From positions 22,940,001 to 23,004,000 of the forward strand of contig OX597841.1 in assembly GCA_951406725.2 (NCBI GenBank): a DNA stretch of 64,000 bases. Reading direction: 5' to 3'. The notes under the pieces are model-generated. The model was not told where the DNA came from. It made no database searches and saw nothing but the letters and a program-made list of their open reading frames with translations. Positions 22,529 to 37,500 of this stretch are shown piece by piece (positions within the stretch are counted from its first letter, which is position 1; every line of letters starts with the position of its first letter). The DNA is from Octopus vulgaris (taxonomy: Eukaryota). The position numbers were made by a program, and so were the translations under genes.

Positions 22529-25500
22529 AATTTTTCTTTTCCAATTTATATAAACAAGATTGCATTTATATAAACAAGATTGCATCAATTCTGTAAAACA
22601 TTTTCCTTTTGGTCATCAAGAGATGATAACTAATGATGATGTATCTGCTGCAAACAATTTTTTAACCTTTTGCACACTGTCCATACATTATGTCACTGTA
22701 TGAGTTTTCTCCTCTGTAGCAGCAGAGCAGTGGAAGTGGAGAAGATGCAGTGTTTGAAAGGTCAATCTTGAATGTTATTTGATAATCTGAAATAAGAAAG
22801 AAACAATAGTATAGAAGATATTTAAACAGTAGATATCCAACAATATCACAACTCCCTACAGATAAACTGTAGATCATAATCATCATCATCATTAATTAAC
22901 ATCCGTTGTACATGCTGATATGGGTTGGATGGTTTGACCAGGGCTGGTAATCTGAGGGATTGCATCAGGTTCCTATCTGATCTAGCATGGTTTCTACAGC
23001 TGGATGCTCTTCCTAGCGCCAACTACTCTGAGAGTGTAGTGGGTGTTTTTCACGTGCCACGATAGGTTGGTGCTTTTATATGTCACCAACACTGACGCCA
23101 GTCAGGCGACGCTGGCATCTGCCACATCCGGACGGTGCTTTTTACGTGTCACCGGCACAGGTGTCTTAACTACAATTTCCATTTGATTTTTAATTTGATG
23201 TTGACGAACTTCACTCAACAGGTCTCCTCGAGAACAGCAGGTCACTCTACGATCCAAGGTTTGCACAGCAGGCCGTTCTGCGAGCCGTAAAATACAAGGA
23301 TACATCATCATTACATTGCTTAACAAAATTTTAATTATTTTTTGTCTTTGGTCAGTACCTTGTCATTTCCTCAGTAGTGATGTAGTCACATATCTCTTCT
23401 ACAGCAAGACCTTTGTACCTGTCCCTCCATCAAACCTTCGTGTCTCAACAGATAACTAACAAAAGACATAATCAGAAACTATAAATTTGTATCAGATTCC
23501 TTTACTATCAGAGATCGTAGCTTATAGAAAGTGGTTCTAAACCAAGGTCCATAAAAGATTTTGCTAAAATTTCTTTGGAAATAAATTAGTTATACGTCTA
23601 TAATACACAAAATATTTTAACAATTTTGTTTATACAATTATTAATAAAAACTATAATAGAATTTTTTAAAACATCGAATCGCTCGTTAGGAGGGTACAAC
23701 CGAGTAAAATAGGAATTAAAGAAGTCCATATATAAAATATATGTTGGAGCAGGAGTCGGGGAACTTTTTTAACCAGTTACCCCAAAATGTATTTAAGTCG
23801 ACGTTACCTCCCTTGAGTTGAAACTAAATAAATTTCTGATTCTTTGAATACAAAAGATTTATTGTATTTATTGATATGGAGAATACAATTATAAATATAA
23901 AAAGTATAAAACAAATGAAAAGCCTTATTACGAAACAAAAGGATTTTTTAAGAAACTTTTTCACTCCAGGTTTGGAAGAAATGATGTTTCATTTTTGTTA
24001 CAATTACATCAAAATTGATGCATTTTGATGCCAGAGCAATTTGGATACAGTCTTCAGGGTCCAATATATACTCTGCTTTGTTTTTATGTTCATTAGGGTG
24101 GGAAATCCTTGTCTGCGAAGGTAGGTTGTTAAAAAAGGCAACTTTTTGACTGTCTTCTGATTCCAGAAGAAAGATTTATCGTAACAAGGAACACGTTTTT
24201 TAAATATAATTTTACTTATGCCCAATGAGTCCTCATTACCCGCAAGAATTTTCTTCAACGAAAAGAAAAAGAAAATTCCAAATGATTCCCGGACGAGAGC
24301 CAGGGTCTCTCCCCGCCACCACTTTTTCCGAACCAAAATAAGGGATTTGCAGCATATTAGGTCATTTACACAGGTTCGCCGACCCCTGGCTTGGAGAAAG
24401 TTTCGAACCGGTATTTTTTAATCAGGGTCCACATAAGACTTTGAGGGGTCCACGCAACAAAATAGTCGACTGGGGATTCACAATAGTATTTTAAGAGTCC
24501 CTGACAAACTTTGTTTTAGGTTTATGCAATGGTATGCATTGCAAAAAACAGCTTGACGTCTCTCAACAAAACAGGATTTTTGAAAGAAGTTGGGATCTTT
24601 TCGGTTTGAACGGCAGTTTTTTCTAGCGGTGTCATATGAAATTGTCACCCATAATTATGACCCTAGTATCGATCTATTGCATTTCAATCTGTTTTAGGTT
24701 TATGCAATGGTATGTATTGCAAGAAACATATTGACGTCTCTCAACCTAAACAAGTTAATGTCCGGAAAACAAAACAGGAATTTTGAAAGAAGATTCTATA
24801 AGACTAGTTTTTAAAAATCGAATGGTTATGGGAGTCCACCAGAATAAAATAGTAACCAAAGGGATCCATTGGTTAAAAGAATGGTTAAAAACTGCTGGTA
24901 ATTGCTTTGTATCGTTGAAATCTGTTCGATAATTGAGGCAAAGGTGGTGGAGACCAGAACTGCTGTCTACGTCCACCGAGCAACATTAAAGGGTTTGTTT
25001 TGTGGAGGCGAAGATGCGGGAGTTGATGCAGACGATGACACACGATGTTAATTAAGAGATAGAATAGCTTCATAAGTGAATACTTACAGAAATTTGTTTC
25101 TATCGAGGTTAAATATCGATTTGGCTTCAACAGTGGACATGAGAAGCAGAAAACCAGGAACAAAGGTGCGAAGAAGGCGGATGCCACTTTTACTGCGCTT
25201 GCGTAGAACCGACATCGCTTTCCTATAGAATGTCAGTTTCGAATTCTGGCACAAGGCCAGCAATTTCGGGGGTCGGGGTGAGTCGTTCACATCGACTCCA
25301 GTGCTCAGCTGGTACTTATTTCATCGACCCTAAAAGGATGAGGTAATTTTTCAGGGTAACACCTGCACGATTTTCACTAACAAAAAAAAAAAAACCCTCC
25401 AGTTTTTTTGCGTGGAATTAAGTACCCTGACCTCCTAATATGTTGCAAATCCCTTATTTTAGTTCAGAAAAAGTGGTGGCAGGGAGAGACCCTGGCCCCC

Positions 25501-27274
25501 GTCCCGGAGTCATTGGAAATTTTCCATTTCTTTTCGTTGAATGAATTCCTATCGCATCCTAATATGCTACAAAACCATTGTTTTGGAGTCCGAAAAACGG
25601 AAATTGTACCCACTCCCAACATTTAACAGAAATAAAATTTCCAGAGAGTGAATTACATGGTTCGTTATTAAATCTATATATATTGTGCATGGTTAATGTT
25701 TACATCTTTAACCGGTTATTAAACAGAACGTAGTTTTTGTTTCCCATACATGTAATAACATGGCAATCTTTCGGTCACCCACACAATCATCCCGCATGAC
25801 ATAAAGTGGCTAGTCTGAAAAACAGGGTAAATGACGTTGTCTCCTCATGCCTCAGTCTGTATACCAGTAACTAATAATCGCCAAAAACATTACATACATT
25901 GTTTATATCGAATATATAATTACAGTTTCTACAACAAATGAGGACACTCTTGGTTTCTTATTCTTTTCCTTATACTCGTTCCACTTTTTGCATCAACCAT
26001 TATCGTGTCACTATAAACTGGTGAGATGACTTCTGTGTCATTAATAAAAGTGTATTGCAAATAATGAACAAGACACACAAGAAAATATTATACAACAGAA
26101 TTTAAGGATATATATATATCTTTTATATTTTACTCGTTTCAGTCATTAGGTTGTGGCCATGCTGGAGCACCACCTTGAAGAATTTATAGCTGAATGAGCC
26201 CATGCCAGTACTTATCAGTGTCTTTTACTGAACCACTAAGTTACAGGGTTGTAAACACACTAACACCAGTTGTCAAGTGGTGGTGGGGGAACAAACATTG
26301 ACAATGGACTTCTTTTCAGTTTCCACCTTCTCAATCAATTAGGTTTTCATTGATTCAAGGCTATAGTAGAAGATACTTGCCCAAGGTGTCACATAATGAG
26401 ACTGAACCCTACCTTATGGTTGGGAAGGTGAATGTCCTTCTACTTGAATGTAATAAAGTGTAGGATTAGATTATTATCCTGCTTCCAGCTAGTGTTGCGG
26501 TCAGGATTTGAAAAGTAGGGCAGATTTGCCCTCATCCGATCGTGGCCGTTTGCCAGCCTTCTCTGGCACCTTTGCCGGTGGCACGTAAAAAGCACCATCC
26601 GATCATAGCCGTTGCCAGCCTTGCCTGGCCCCCATGCCGGTGGCACGTAAAAAGCACCCACTACACTCATGGAGTGGTTGGCGTTAGGAAGGGCATCCAC
26701 CTGTAGAAACACTGCCAGATCAGACTGGAGCCTGGTGCAGCCTTCTGGCTTCCCAGACCCCAGTTGGACCGTTCAACCCATGCCAGCATGGAAAGCGGAC
26801 GCTAAATGATGATGATGATGATGATTTGAAAAAAAACAAGGGGGAATTCATAGAGGTGTTCAGTGAACAAATACCCAGCATTGGCTGAAACATGAACTGA
26901 TCAAGTTTCTGTATAAATTTTATACGTTTGTATAACGTAATAAATTTTATATGTTTGTTTCCTTTTACACAATATTAAACCAACGGCTAGAAATTTTCTG
27001 AAGCCACAACCCCTCCTAATTTTATCAATGAGCCACCATTGCCTGATGAAAAGGATTAGCCTGCAACAGTCCTGTGCTGGTGCCATGTAAACGTGTTCAT
27101 GCCATTGCCACATTAAAAGCACCCAATACACTTTGTGAAGTGGTTGGCATTAGGAAGGGCATCCAGCCATAGAAACCAAGCCAAATCAAAGTGGAAACTG
27201 GTGCAGCTCTCCACCTTCAGCCAGCCAATCCGACCCATGCCAGCATGGAAAACAGATGTTAAAGGTAATACCTC

Positions 27275-27455
27275 TTATTTTTTCAGCACCTTCCGGAGTA
27301 TTCGGGCGGTTCCAAGCAATGCTGTTTTCTGCAAGTGCTCTACCCTTATTGCGGCCCCTATTTGTTCCACATATTTCTCGAGATTTTTGCTCACTGTTTC
27401 CAAGGCTCCGACAATTATTGGTACTACTGCTATCTTTTTCATCGACCACAACTGC
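27275..27455 (-). mobile_element. R4/Dong-like (restriction-like endonuclease) non-LTR retrotransposon 3' fragment
   Basis: An alternative frame reads WSMKKIAVVPIIVGALETVSKNL...LQKTALLGTARILRKVL, matching the C-terminal motif of this clade as I recall it. Confidence 0.7.
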
Positions 27456-27646
27456 TTAAACGTCCCAAGCTAACCTGTCATATCTCTCGACTTATCGCAT
27501 ACCTTGGTGTCAGCTGGGCTTGCTATATCGATTAGGACAATGATGAAGATGATGATGTATAAAGAAGAATACTGAATCCATTGCAATTTTTGATAGACAA
27601 AATTTTATTTTTTTCCTACACAAAAATATAAGCAATGTCTGTGCTA

Positions 27647-27995
27647 TAATAATAATAATAATGAAATTATTGTATACAGTGCTCAGGTGCACCACAACTT
27701 GTCAGAAAGTGCATATAAAGTACATGCAGTAATGTAGAAATGTCTGGAAAGTGAACATGCTTGTGTGTGTATCAAGTGTAGTGTTGGCGAATCTCAGGAA
27801 GCATGGAAGTTTTGAAGGATGCAGTGCTCCGACAACTAACAACTGATGCCGGCAGTTTGTTCCACGCTTCAGCAACTCTCAGCGTGAAAAAAATGTTTCC
27901 TGAAAGTCATGGGAGCTGTGCTGTTTTCTGACTTTGTAAATATGTCCACGGGTGTTAGACAGGTGGAGTTTGAAAAGGTGCTCAGAGTTATTGTT
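27647..27995 (-). mobile_element. CR1-clade LINE 3' fragment with (ATT)n tail
   Basis: Translates SNTRGHIYKVRKQH...FFTLRVAEAWNKLPASVV...SFK; absent at the paralogous site ~33875. Confidence 0.75.
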
Positions 27996-28189
27996 TGAAT
28001 GTCAAAATGGCAAAAGAGTTTAAATGTTATTGTTACAATAGTGAGAAACTTAAATGTTAGTCGTGTTGCTGATCGTTCATAAACTTAGGATCCAAAGCAG
28101 GAGAAGTAGGGTTGCATCTTCTGTCGACAGTAATTTTATGTATATTTCTGGTGTCACATAAGAAAAAGCACCCGTGCTGGTGCCACATA

Positions 28190-28440
28190 GCACCCCTTCA
28201 GGGTTGGCAAAAGCGATGTGGTGGACAACGAAAAACCTGGCTGATGACAGTCAAGGCTGATCTGGAACCCAACCTAGGCCCCCATATCTTCGGCGTTCGC
28301 TGCTGGAATAAGGAGTGGTTGGAGATCACGCGGTCGTTAGCCTCAAATCGCCAGGCCTGGTCGGCGTTTGTGAGAGATGCAGCATTGAGGATGAAGGAAG
28401 CCAGCTCAACCCACCCCGGGTGAATGCTGTCTCAAGTCAA
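28190..28440 (+). mobile_element. RTE-clade LINE 3' fragment
   Basis: GWQKRCGGQRKTW...LASNRQAWSAFVRD, an RTE-type C-terminal signature. Confidence 0.7.
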
Positions 28441-29877
28441 AAAGGTCATATAACACCCTGGTGCTGTGTAATATGTCCAGTGCACTCTGTAAAGTGGTTA
28501 CCATCATGAAGGGCATCCAGTTTGTGCAAACGGTGAGGCTGATGTCATTAGGGACCCAATATGAACTGATTGCAGGCATGTGATGCTGACAGATTCTTGT
28601 TTGACAAAGAACAACAAAGAGAACCAGACAAGAATTTCTGGGTTTGTTGGTTGGTATCATCCAGTCATAAGAACTGAGCGAAAAACAGACATGGAGTCTG
28701 GGCATCTTTTCAGATGGCCAGTTGCTATCAAACCCACCGACCCATGCTGGCATTGAAAACGGACGTTAAATGATGATGTTAGCAATGAATGTGTTTGCTA
28801 AGCATCTCTAGGAATGTTGAGCAAGTGCTGGGTGCTTAAATGTGAATGTATGGATGTTGAAATGTGTGACATGTAAAGATGTTCAGGTGTATGCGTGTGT
28901 GAGCAGAAACAAAGTGAAACTAGTAAGACAGAAAAACAATCATCTTGAGAAGACCATGGCCATCCATACATACAGGCATGTCCTTTATGAACACACACCC
29001 TATTTTCCTTTTACACATGGCTTAAACCTTTTGATATCAATCTCCCTGAAACTGCCATTGCGTCTATGATACAAAAACCCCAGTTCTAAAGAGATCTAAA
29101 TTAAGACTGTTGCAAAGGTTGCAAGACGCAACGAAAATTTTAGGAAAATAAAAATAAGAAACAAGTGGAAATTTTACCAGTGAGTGTGTCGATCGCATCG
29201 ACCCCAGTGCGTAACTGGTACTTTATTTAACGACCCCAAAAGGATGAAAGGCTAAGTCGACCTCGGCGGAATTTGAACTCAGAACGTAACAGCACATCCA
29301 AACATATGTTTCTTTACTACCCACAAGGGGCTAAACACAGAGGGGACAAACAAGGACAGACATGGGTATTAAGTCGATTACATCGACCTCAGTGCGTAAC
29401 TGGTGCTTATTTAATCGACCCCGAAAGGATGAAAGGCAAAGTCGACCTCGGCGGAATTTGAACTCAGAACGTAACCGCAGACGAAATACCACTAAGCATT
29501 TCGCCTGGCGTGCTAACGTTGCTGCCAGCTCTCCGCCCACTCCAGCTAAGGTCTTTGATCTTGCGGGTGCATGTAAAATGTTCGTGTGCTGGTGCTGCAT
29601 GGATGCACCAATGCTGATGGCATGTAAAAAGGACCCAGAACAATTTGTTAAATGGTTGCTGTTAGGAAGGGCATCCAGCCATAGAAACCATGGCAAAGCA
29701 GACAATTGGGGCCTGGATGGCGCTCCATCTGGTCAGCTCCTGTCAAACTGTCCAACCCATGCCAGCATATGTGACTGTGAATATGAACACTAGAACGGTT
29801 TTTCTCAAGCGTGGATTCCTAAGTGCTTTTTTTTAATCATTTTTTGATCCAAAATATTTTCCACAGATTTCAAAGTT

Positions 29878-31119
29878 TCATGGTTTTATTGCCCTGTGTA
29901 TTCTTTGGTGAATAGCAAGACTTGATCTCCCAGGAAACGAATCACCACATGTTTTACACATGAAGCGTTTATCCCCGATATGTGTCCTTTTGTGACCTGC
30001 AAGATTAGAACTATCAGAGAAACGTTTTCCACATGTTTCACAACGGAAGGGTTTCTCCCCACTATGGATTCGTTTGTGTCTCTCCAAATTAGGATTAGTT
30101 AGAAACGACTGCCCACACGTTTCACAACGATAGGGCCTTTCTCCTGTGTGTATGCGCCGGTGAGCTCTTAAGTTACTATTAGAAGCGAAATACTTATCAC
30201 ATATTTCACACCGATAAGGTTTTTCCCCAGTATGTTTCCGTTGGTGATCTACAAGACTGGAATTCTCACTGAAAGATTTCCCACAAATTTTACAGCAGAA
30301 TGGTCGTTCTCCAGTATGAGTCCTAATGTGTGATTTTAAGTGGCTGCTAACGGTAAAAGATTTCCCACAGAGATCACAGGTGTAGGGTTTCTCTCCCGTA
30401 TGTACCCTCACGTGGTTTTTCAAATCAGATTTGACCACAAAAGTTTTCCCGCATATATCACAGTGAAAAGGCCTTTCCCCACTGTGTATTCGTCGATGAG
30501 GTATAAGAGTAGAACGTTGAGAGAATGATTTACCACAAGTTTCACAACGATACTGTTTTTCACCCGTGTGGGTTCTTTGATGAGCTACAAAAGTAAAACG
30601 ATGACAGAATGATTTACCACAAGTTTCACAATGATACCGTTTTTCTCCCGTATGAATTCTAACGTGAACTACAAGATCATATTCATCAAAGAAAGCTTTC
30701 TCACACGTTTCACAACGATACTTTTTTTCCGCTGTATGTATTCGTTTGTGCTTTGTTAAATAACTTTTACAGACAAATGATTTCTCACATAATTCACACT
30801 GATATGGTTTTTCTTCACTGTGTAATTTTTTGTGTTTTCTTAAAGCATGCTTAGTAGCAAAATCTTTCTCACACGTTTCACATCGATATAGTTTCTCTGT
30901 TTTGTGTATTTCTTTGTGCGTTAAAACTTCCTGTTCCGAAGAGAATGTTTTCCTACAAATCTCACAGCGATATTCAGGAATATTTCTTTTATCTAATAAC
31001 ATTTCTTTAGATTCATTAATTAAAGGCTTTTCGTCGCTGAATGTCCGTGTAACAGTTTCTGTATCGGTCTGAACAGTCGGGTTAGAATTGTTCAACTGAT
31101 TAATGTCCTGCATTTTCAT
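29878..31119 (-). CDS. C2H2 zinc-finger protein ZF4, 13 fingers, 413 aa
   Basis: Intact ORF with a ~50 aa leader ([10 protein letters not shown]...) followed by 13 fingers. Confidence 0.93.
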   Translation of the reverse strand: MKMQDINQLNNSNPTVQTDTETVTRTFSDEKPLINESKEMLLDKRNIPEYRCEICRKTFSSEQEVLTHKEIHKTEKLYRCETCEKDFATKHALRKHKKLHSEEKPYQCELCEKSFVCKSYLTKHKRIHTAEKKYRCETCEKAFFDEYDLVVHVRIHTGEKRYHCETCGKSFCHRFTFVAHQRTHTGEKQYRCETCGKSFSQRSTLIPHRRIHSGERPFHCDICGKTFVVKSDLKNHVRVHTGEKPYTCDLCGKSFTVSSHLKSHIRTHTGERPFCCKICGKSFSENSSLVDHQRKHTGEKPYRCEICDKYFASNSNLRAHRRIHTGERPYRCETCGQSFLTNPNLERHKRIHSGEKPFRCETCGKRFSDSSNLAGHKRTHIGDKRFMCKTCGDSFPGRSSLAIHQRIHRAIKP

Positions 31120-34100
31120 TCTTCAGAATTCAGGAATATATTAATATATAACGATCCAGTTCCTTGTCTTGAATCTCATAAGAATTTTGATAACGTTTGT
31201 GGAAAATATGTAATGCAGATATATATTCTATTCGCTACGAAAATGCAGATTGTCAACTGGGTCGTCTCCTTTCTCCTTTAAGAGATTTGGATATAGTTTA
31301 ATAAAGGCAAAAACAATTTTAGAGAGAGATCATAAATGACAGGTAACAGAACTTCAGGTGAACATTTTGTTTTTTCTCACAGCTTATAACAAAACAATCC
31401 CTTAGCATAACAGTAAATCATTGAAAGACAGGGCGATGCAATTTTCCATTAACGATTGTAAGGTGCGCGCAATGATATTCCGAATGAGTTACAAACAATC
31501 GACGATGTAACTTCATTTATGATGGAATTAATTAATGATGAAGGTGATAGAACACTGACCCTGAAACATGTAGGCAATCGGATGTCGTCCACAAACATTA
31601 ATGTGTCCTCGTAATATAATTATTACACATTATAACAATTAAATTGCCGAAACGATGAAGGTATCGGTGACATAGGTTAAAAGTCCCCAACAAAATTTAG
31701 AACATTCAGAAATACCATTCTTTCAAATGACCAACCCGTTGTTAATCAAAAGGTATTTGCCAGCAAAATAATTATTTCTTATCAACGAAATAGTCTCTTC
31801 GTGCTCCTTCAGCCTGCGAAAAATAGCCACCGAATTTGCCTCAAATAATGAATCCAAAGCTAAAATCTACGTGTTTAAAAGTGAAAACAAACTTAACGGC
31901 CGAATTAATGTTTCTCTTAGTTTAATGTAAGTTATTAAACAAAACGTTGTTTTTGTTTCCTATACATGGAATAACACCAACATGGCAATCTTTCGGTATT
32001 GGTAAACAATATCAGTCACCCACTCAAAGAGGTTTTTTTTCTTCACTTTCTCAGCGTCCAGCGTCCTGGTATTAAAAAAACCTACGAACAGAGCTCGAAA
32101 GATTGCTTGGAGATACATAGCATGTTTCATAAATCTGCCAGTTTAAAGTATCGTCAAGCATATACCTTTTAAAGTAGCTCTTTCGTTATTCTATATTAAA
32201 TTAATATAACGTGGGTGTATAAATTTTACATATTTTATACTAACATATAAAAATATGTACAAAACTGATTAATACGATTAATAACCAGGCTAGCAAGAAG
32301 CTGGAGGGTGTGTGTTTTTATTGGCTAAACTGGCAACATGACCATTCCGAAATACAACAATATCTGGAGGCGCAATGGCCCAGTGGTTAGGGCAGCAGAC
32401 TCGCGGTTTCGATTCCCAGACCGGGCGTTGTGAGTGTTTATTGAGCGAAAACACCTAAAGTTCCACGAGGCTCTGGCAGGTTGTGGGGTGGCGAACCCTG
32501 CTGTACTCTCTCACCACAACTTTCTCTCACTCTTACTTCCTGTTTCTGTTGTACCTGTACTTCAAAGGGCCGGCCTTGTCACTCTCTGTGTCACGCTGAA
32601 TATCCCCGAGAACTACGTTAAGGGTACACGTGTCTGTGGAGTGCTCAGCCACTTACACGTTAATTTCACGAGCAGGCTGTTCCGTTGATTCGGATCAACC
32701 GGAACCCTCGACGGAGTGCTTCTTCTACAACAATATCTGTTTCAACACACGATTTCACATAAAAAGTCTTGCACAACAAATAAATAAACATAAGATTAAA
32801 TCATTTAGCAATTAAACTGGACGTATCTAGCCAAAACATTCTTCTTAGTTTATGTTCAAACTGGTCAGGTCTGGCCTCTCATACCTATCATACAATATCT
32901 TTCTAAAAATTTAGTTTCCTCATGAAAATCTCAAAGCTACAGGATATGCAGGATTAATACAAAACGATGTGGATGAATAAGCATTACTTTTGAAAGAATT
33001 ATGTGAATGCAAAAGATTTAAATCAAAAATTGAAACTTGTTCAACTCAGTTTTGTGTAAAAGTTTAATATTTAAGTAATTTGCTATTAACTCTTTTGTTA
33101 CCATATTAAACCAACGGCTAGAAATTCTCTGAAGCAGCAACCCTCCTGATTTTATCAATGAGCCACCATTGCCTGGTGAAAAGGATTTTCCTGCAACAGT
33201 CCTGTGCTGGTGCCATGTAAACGTGTTCATGCCATTGCCACATTAAAAGCACCCAATACACACTGTGAAAAGGTTGGCATTAGGAAGGGCATCCAGCCAT
33301 AGAAACCAAGCCAAATCAGAGTGGAACCTGGTGCAGATCTCCAGCTTCAGCCAACAAATCCGACCCATGCCAGCATGGAAAACAGATCTTTATCTTCTCT
33401 TTTACTTGTTTCAGTCATTTGACTGCGGTCACGCTGGAGCACCGTCTTTAGTCGAGCAACTCGACCCCGGGACTTATTCTTTGTAAGCACAGTACTTATT
33501 CTATCGGTCTCTTTTTGCCGAACAGCTAAGTGACGGGGACATAAACACACCAGCATCGGTTGACAAGCAATGCTAAGGCAACAAACACAAACATACACGT
33601 TCACACACATATACATATATACAACAGGTTTCTTTCCTTGGTCAGCCCAAGGCTATAGTAGAAGACACTTGCCTAAGGTACCACACAGTGGGACTGAACC
33701 CGGAACCATGTGATTGGTAAGCAAGCTACTTACCACACAGCCACTCCTATGCCTATGTCAAAGGACAATAATTAAGATGATGATGTATAAAGAAGAATAC
33801 TGAATCCATTGCAATTTTTGATAGACAAAATTTTATTTTTTTCCTACACAAAAATATAAGCAATGTCTGTGCTATGAATGACAAAATGTCAAAAGAGTTG
33901 AAATGTTATTGTTACAACAGTGAGAAAGTGAAATGAGAGTCGTTGTGTTGTTGTTGCTGATCGTTCATTGTGGATGTTGTCAGCATCTGTCTATGGATAC
34001 TCGTTGCCTCATCTCTGCTGTCTTTCACTGTTCTCTCTGCTCTAACCCAATGCTCTCTGTCAAGTAGTCGTGCTGCATTTATATTGATGGTTAGGCTCAG

Positions 34101-34226
34101 AAACAAGCCTTTCTCTAATGTGACTGTGAATATGAACACTAGAACGGTTTTTCTCAAGCGTGGATTCCTAAGTGCTTTTTTTTAATCATTTTTTGATCCA
34201 AAATATTTTCCACAGATTTCAAAGTT

Positions 34227-35384
34227 TCATGGTTTTATTGCACTGTGTATTCTTTGGTGAATAGCAAGACTTGATCTCCCAGGAAACGAATTACCACATG
34301 TTTTACACATGAAGCGTTTATCCCCGATATGTGTCCTTTTGTGAACTATAAGATTAGAACTATCAGAGAACCACTTTCCACATGTTTCACAACAGAAAGG
34401 TTTCTCTCCACTATGGATTCGTTTGTGAGTCTTTAAATGGGAATTATTTTTGAATGACTGTCCACATGTTTCACAACTATAAGGCCTTTCTCCCGTATGT
34501 ATGCGCCTGTGTGCTGTTAAGTTACCATTAGAAGCGAAATACTTATCACATATTTCACACCGATAAGGTTTTTCCCCAGTATGTTTTCCTTGGTGAACCA
34601 CGAGGCTGGAATTCTCACTGAAAGATTTCCCACAAATTTTACAGCGGAATGGTCGTTCTCCAGTATGAGTCCTTCTGTGGGATTTTAAGTGGCTGCTAAC
34701 GGTAAAAGATTTCCCACAGAGATCACAGGTGTAGGGTTTCTCCCCCGTATGTACCCTCACGTGGTTTGTTAAATCACATTTGATCACAAAACTTTTCCCG
34801 CATATATCACAGTGAAAAGGCCTTTCCCCACTGTGTATTCGTTGATGGGGTATAAGTGTAGAACGATGACAGAAAGATTTACCACATATTTCACAGTGAT
34901 ACCGTTTTTCCCCCGTGTGGATTCTAACGTGAACTACAAGATCATATTCATCAAAGAAAGCTTTCTCACACGTTTCACAACGATACTTTTTTTCTGCTGT
35001 ATGTATTCGTTTGTGCTTTGTTAAATAACTTTTACAGACAAATGATTTCTCACATAATTCACACTGATATGGTTTTTCTTCACTGTGTAATTTTTTGTGT
35101 TTTCTTAAATAACGATTAGAAGCAAAATCTTTCTCACACGTTTCACATCGATATAGTTTCTCTGTTTTGTGTATTTCTTTGTGCGTTAAAACTTCCTGTT
35201 CCGAAGAGAATGTTTTCCTACAAATCTCACAGCGATATTCAGGAATATTTCTTTTATCTAATAACATTTCTTTAGATTCATTAATTAAAGGCTTTTCGTC
35301 GCTGAATGTCCGTGTAACAGTTTCTGTATCGGTCTGAACAGTCGGGTTAGAATTGTTCAACCGATTAATGTTCTGCATTTTCAT
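34227..35384 (-). CDS. C2H2 zinc-finger protein ZF5, 12 fingers, 385 aa
   Basis: Intact ORF, exactly 28 aa (one finger) shorter than ZF4. Confidence 0.93.
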   Translation of the reverse strand: MKMQNINRLNNSNPTVQTDTETVTRTFSDEKPLINESKEMLLDKRNIPEYRCEICRKTFSSEQEVLTHKEIHKTEKLYRCETCEKDFASNRYLRKHKKLHSEEKPYQCELCEKSFVCKSYLTKHKRIHTAEKKYRCETCEKAFFDEYDLVVHVRIHTGEKRYHCEICGKSFCHRSTLIPHQRIHSGERPFHCDICGKSFVIKCDLTNHVRVHTGEKPYTCDLCGKSFTVSSHLKSHRRTHTGERPFRCKICGKSFSENSSLVVHQGKHTGEKPYRCEICDKYFASNGNLTAHRRIHTGERPYSCETCGQSFKNNSHLKTHKRIHSGEKPFCCETCGKWFSDSSNLIVHKRTHIGDKRFMCKTCGNSFPGRSSLAIHQRIHSAIKP

Positions 35385-36914
35385 TCTTCAGAATTCAGGA
35401 ATATATTAATATATAACGATCCAGTTCCTTGTCTTGAATATCATAAGAATTTTGATAACGTTTGTGGAAAATATGTAATGCAGATATATATTCTATTCGC
35501 TACGAAAATGCAGATTGTCAACTGGGTCGTCACTTTTCTCCTTTAAGAGATTTGGATATAGTTTAATAAAGGCAAAAACGATTTTAGAGAGAACAGAACT
35601 TCGGGTGAACATTTTGTTTTTTCTCACAGCTTATAACAAAACAATCCCTTAGCATAACAGTAAATCATTGAAAGACAGGGCGATGCAATTTTCCATTAAC
35701 GATTGTAAGGTGCGCGCAATGATATTCCGAATGAGTTACAAACAATCGACGATGTAACTTCATTTATGATGGAATTAATTAATGATGAAGGTGATAGAAC
35801 ACTGACCCTGAAACATGTAGGCAATCGGATGTCGTCCACAAACATTAATGTGTCCTCGTAATATAATTATTACACATTATAACAATTAAATTGCCGAAAC
35901 GATGGATATATCGGTGACATAGGTTAAAAGTCCCCAACAAAAATTAGTACATTCAGAAATGCCGTTCTTTGGGGTTGATTAAATGAGTACCAATTAAAAA
36001 CAGATGTTGATGTAATCTAATTACCCGCTGTCCTGAAATTTCTGGCTTTGTGGCAAAATTTGAAATCAAATATTAGCACACTTCTGTTTTAATGATATAA
36101 AGTAAAACTTAAAGGCAAATATATTTCTTTATTGCCCATATGGGGCTAAACATAGAGGGGACAAACAAGAATAGACAAAGGGATTAAGTCGATTACATCG
36201 ACCCCCAGAGCGTAACTTGTACTTAATTTATCAATCCCGAAAGGATGAAAGGCAAAGTCGACCTCGGCGTAATTTGAACTCAGAACGTAACGGCAGAGGA
36301 AATACCCTTAAGTATTTCGCCCGGCGGGCTAACGTAATATGAAAAATATCTAGCTTCTGACCAGTGTAATTCAGAATTTCAAGAAAATACTCTCATTTAA
36401 TATCTCAGAAGATTGAATTGATTCAATCAACTTAGTCTATGACAAATGCTCTAAAATACTTTTATTTCAGTCCTTTAGCATTCAAAAGTAATGCTTATTT
36501 ATTCATATTGTTTGAATTAATCATGCATTATCTCTGTTACGATATAGGTATACACGTCTGGTGTAAAATGGTATTACATAAATAAATAGTTGGTTGTGGT
36601 TATCTAACAATAACCTATAGCAGAAATATATATTAACACAGAACGCATTCCGTATTACTCAGGCGTAGGTATGATACTCAGTATTTACTGTTCAACTACC
36701 GACTGCTAAATCATCACATATCAAACTAACACCCATTTCTTTATTTTGTGCATCAGGACAAGTGAGGCCATAACTTGTGGCCTCTACCTGGGATGTAGCC
36801 AGCCCACTTATGCATACGTTTCTTCCTTGGGACACAAAACTCTGCTTGCGAGTACCTGTTGAGGCAAGTGAAATCGGAATTGAAATCGAAATTTCGTTTG
36901 CCACAGTAAGCAGG

Positions 36915-37500
36915 CAATCTTCCTCTGTATGGTAGAGGATGGCTGCCACCTGCCATGCCTCGTCAATTTCAAGGGGCAATCTACCTATCCTTACTCTGGG
37001 CGCTCGTTTGCCACAGTAAGTAGGCAGTGGTGCCCACTCAGCCGATTTCAAGGCCACAGTGGAGTATTTATTTATTTGCTTCATTTTCGTTTACAAAGCA
37101 CACCTCCACCATGCCGAATGTCCGCCCTCTGGTGTAGAACGTGGTACAGACCTTCACCTTTCTCAAACACTCTTCTACTGCTTCTGTCGCTGCTATTTCT
37201 ACCTTCTTCGTTGCTATGTTTAACGTTCTGTAGATAATAGTTCTTTTCTCGATATTCTCAATAACTTCTTTGGGAGGCGTCAGCCTAAGACAGTCTCCCT
37301 CCTTTTGCAACAAACTGTTATACTTCTTGAGGTTCTTATCTTTAACTTCTTATTCCACGGACTTGCAGTAGCTCCGCTGACAGGCTTTTGCCAGTCGCTG
37401 CAGCATAACTGCCCGCTTGTACTGGTCTATTTTCCATGTTATTTACAACTTCACCCATAAATGGGGAAGACAAATAAAAATTCCAACAAATTCATCAGGT
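36915..37500 (-). mobile_element. Degenerate Gag-like LINE ORF1 relic, short copy
   Basis: MENRPVQAGSYAAAT... through frameshifts to RGRTFGMVEVCF...PRVRIGRLPLEI; paralogous to 47165-47750. Confidence 0.55.

Noticed and set aside
29878-31119. Assigning vertebrate ZNF gene symbols or KRAB/SCAN/BTB domains to these genes
   Set aside because: Leaders are short and match no effector domain I recognise; similarity to named ZNFs would be generic finger similarity.
32366-32425. tRNA-like sequences at the heads of families A, B and C
   Set aside because: They have A/B boxes but no complete cloverleaf and run into SINE bodies; not tRNA genes.
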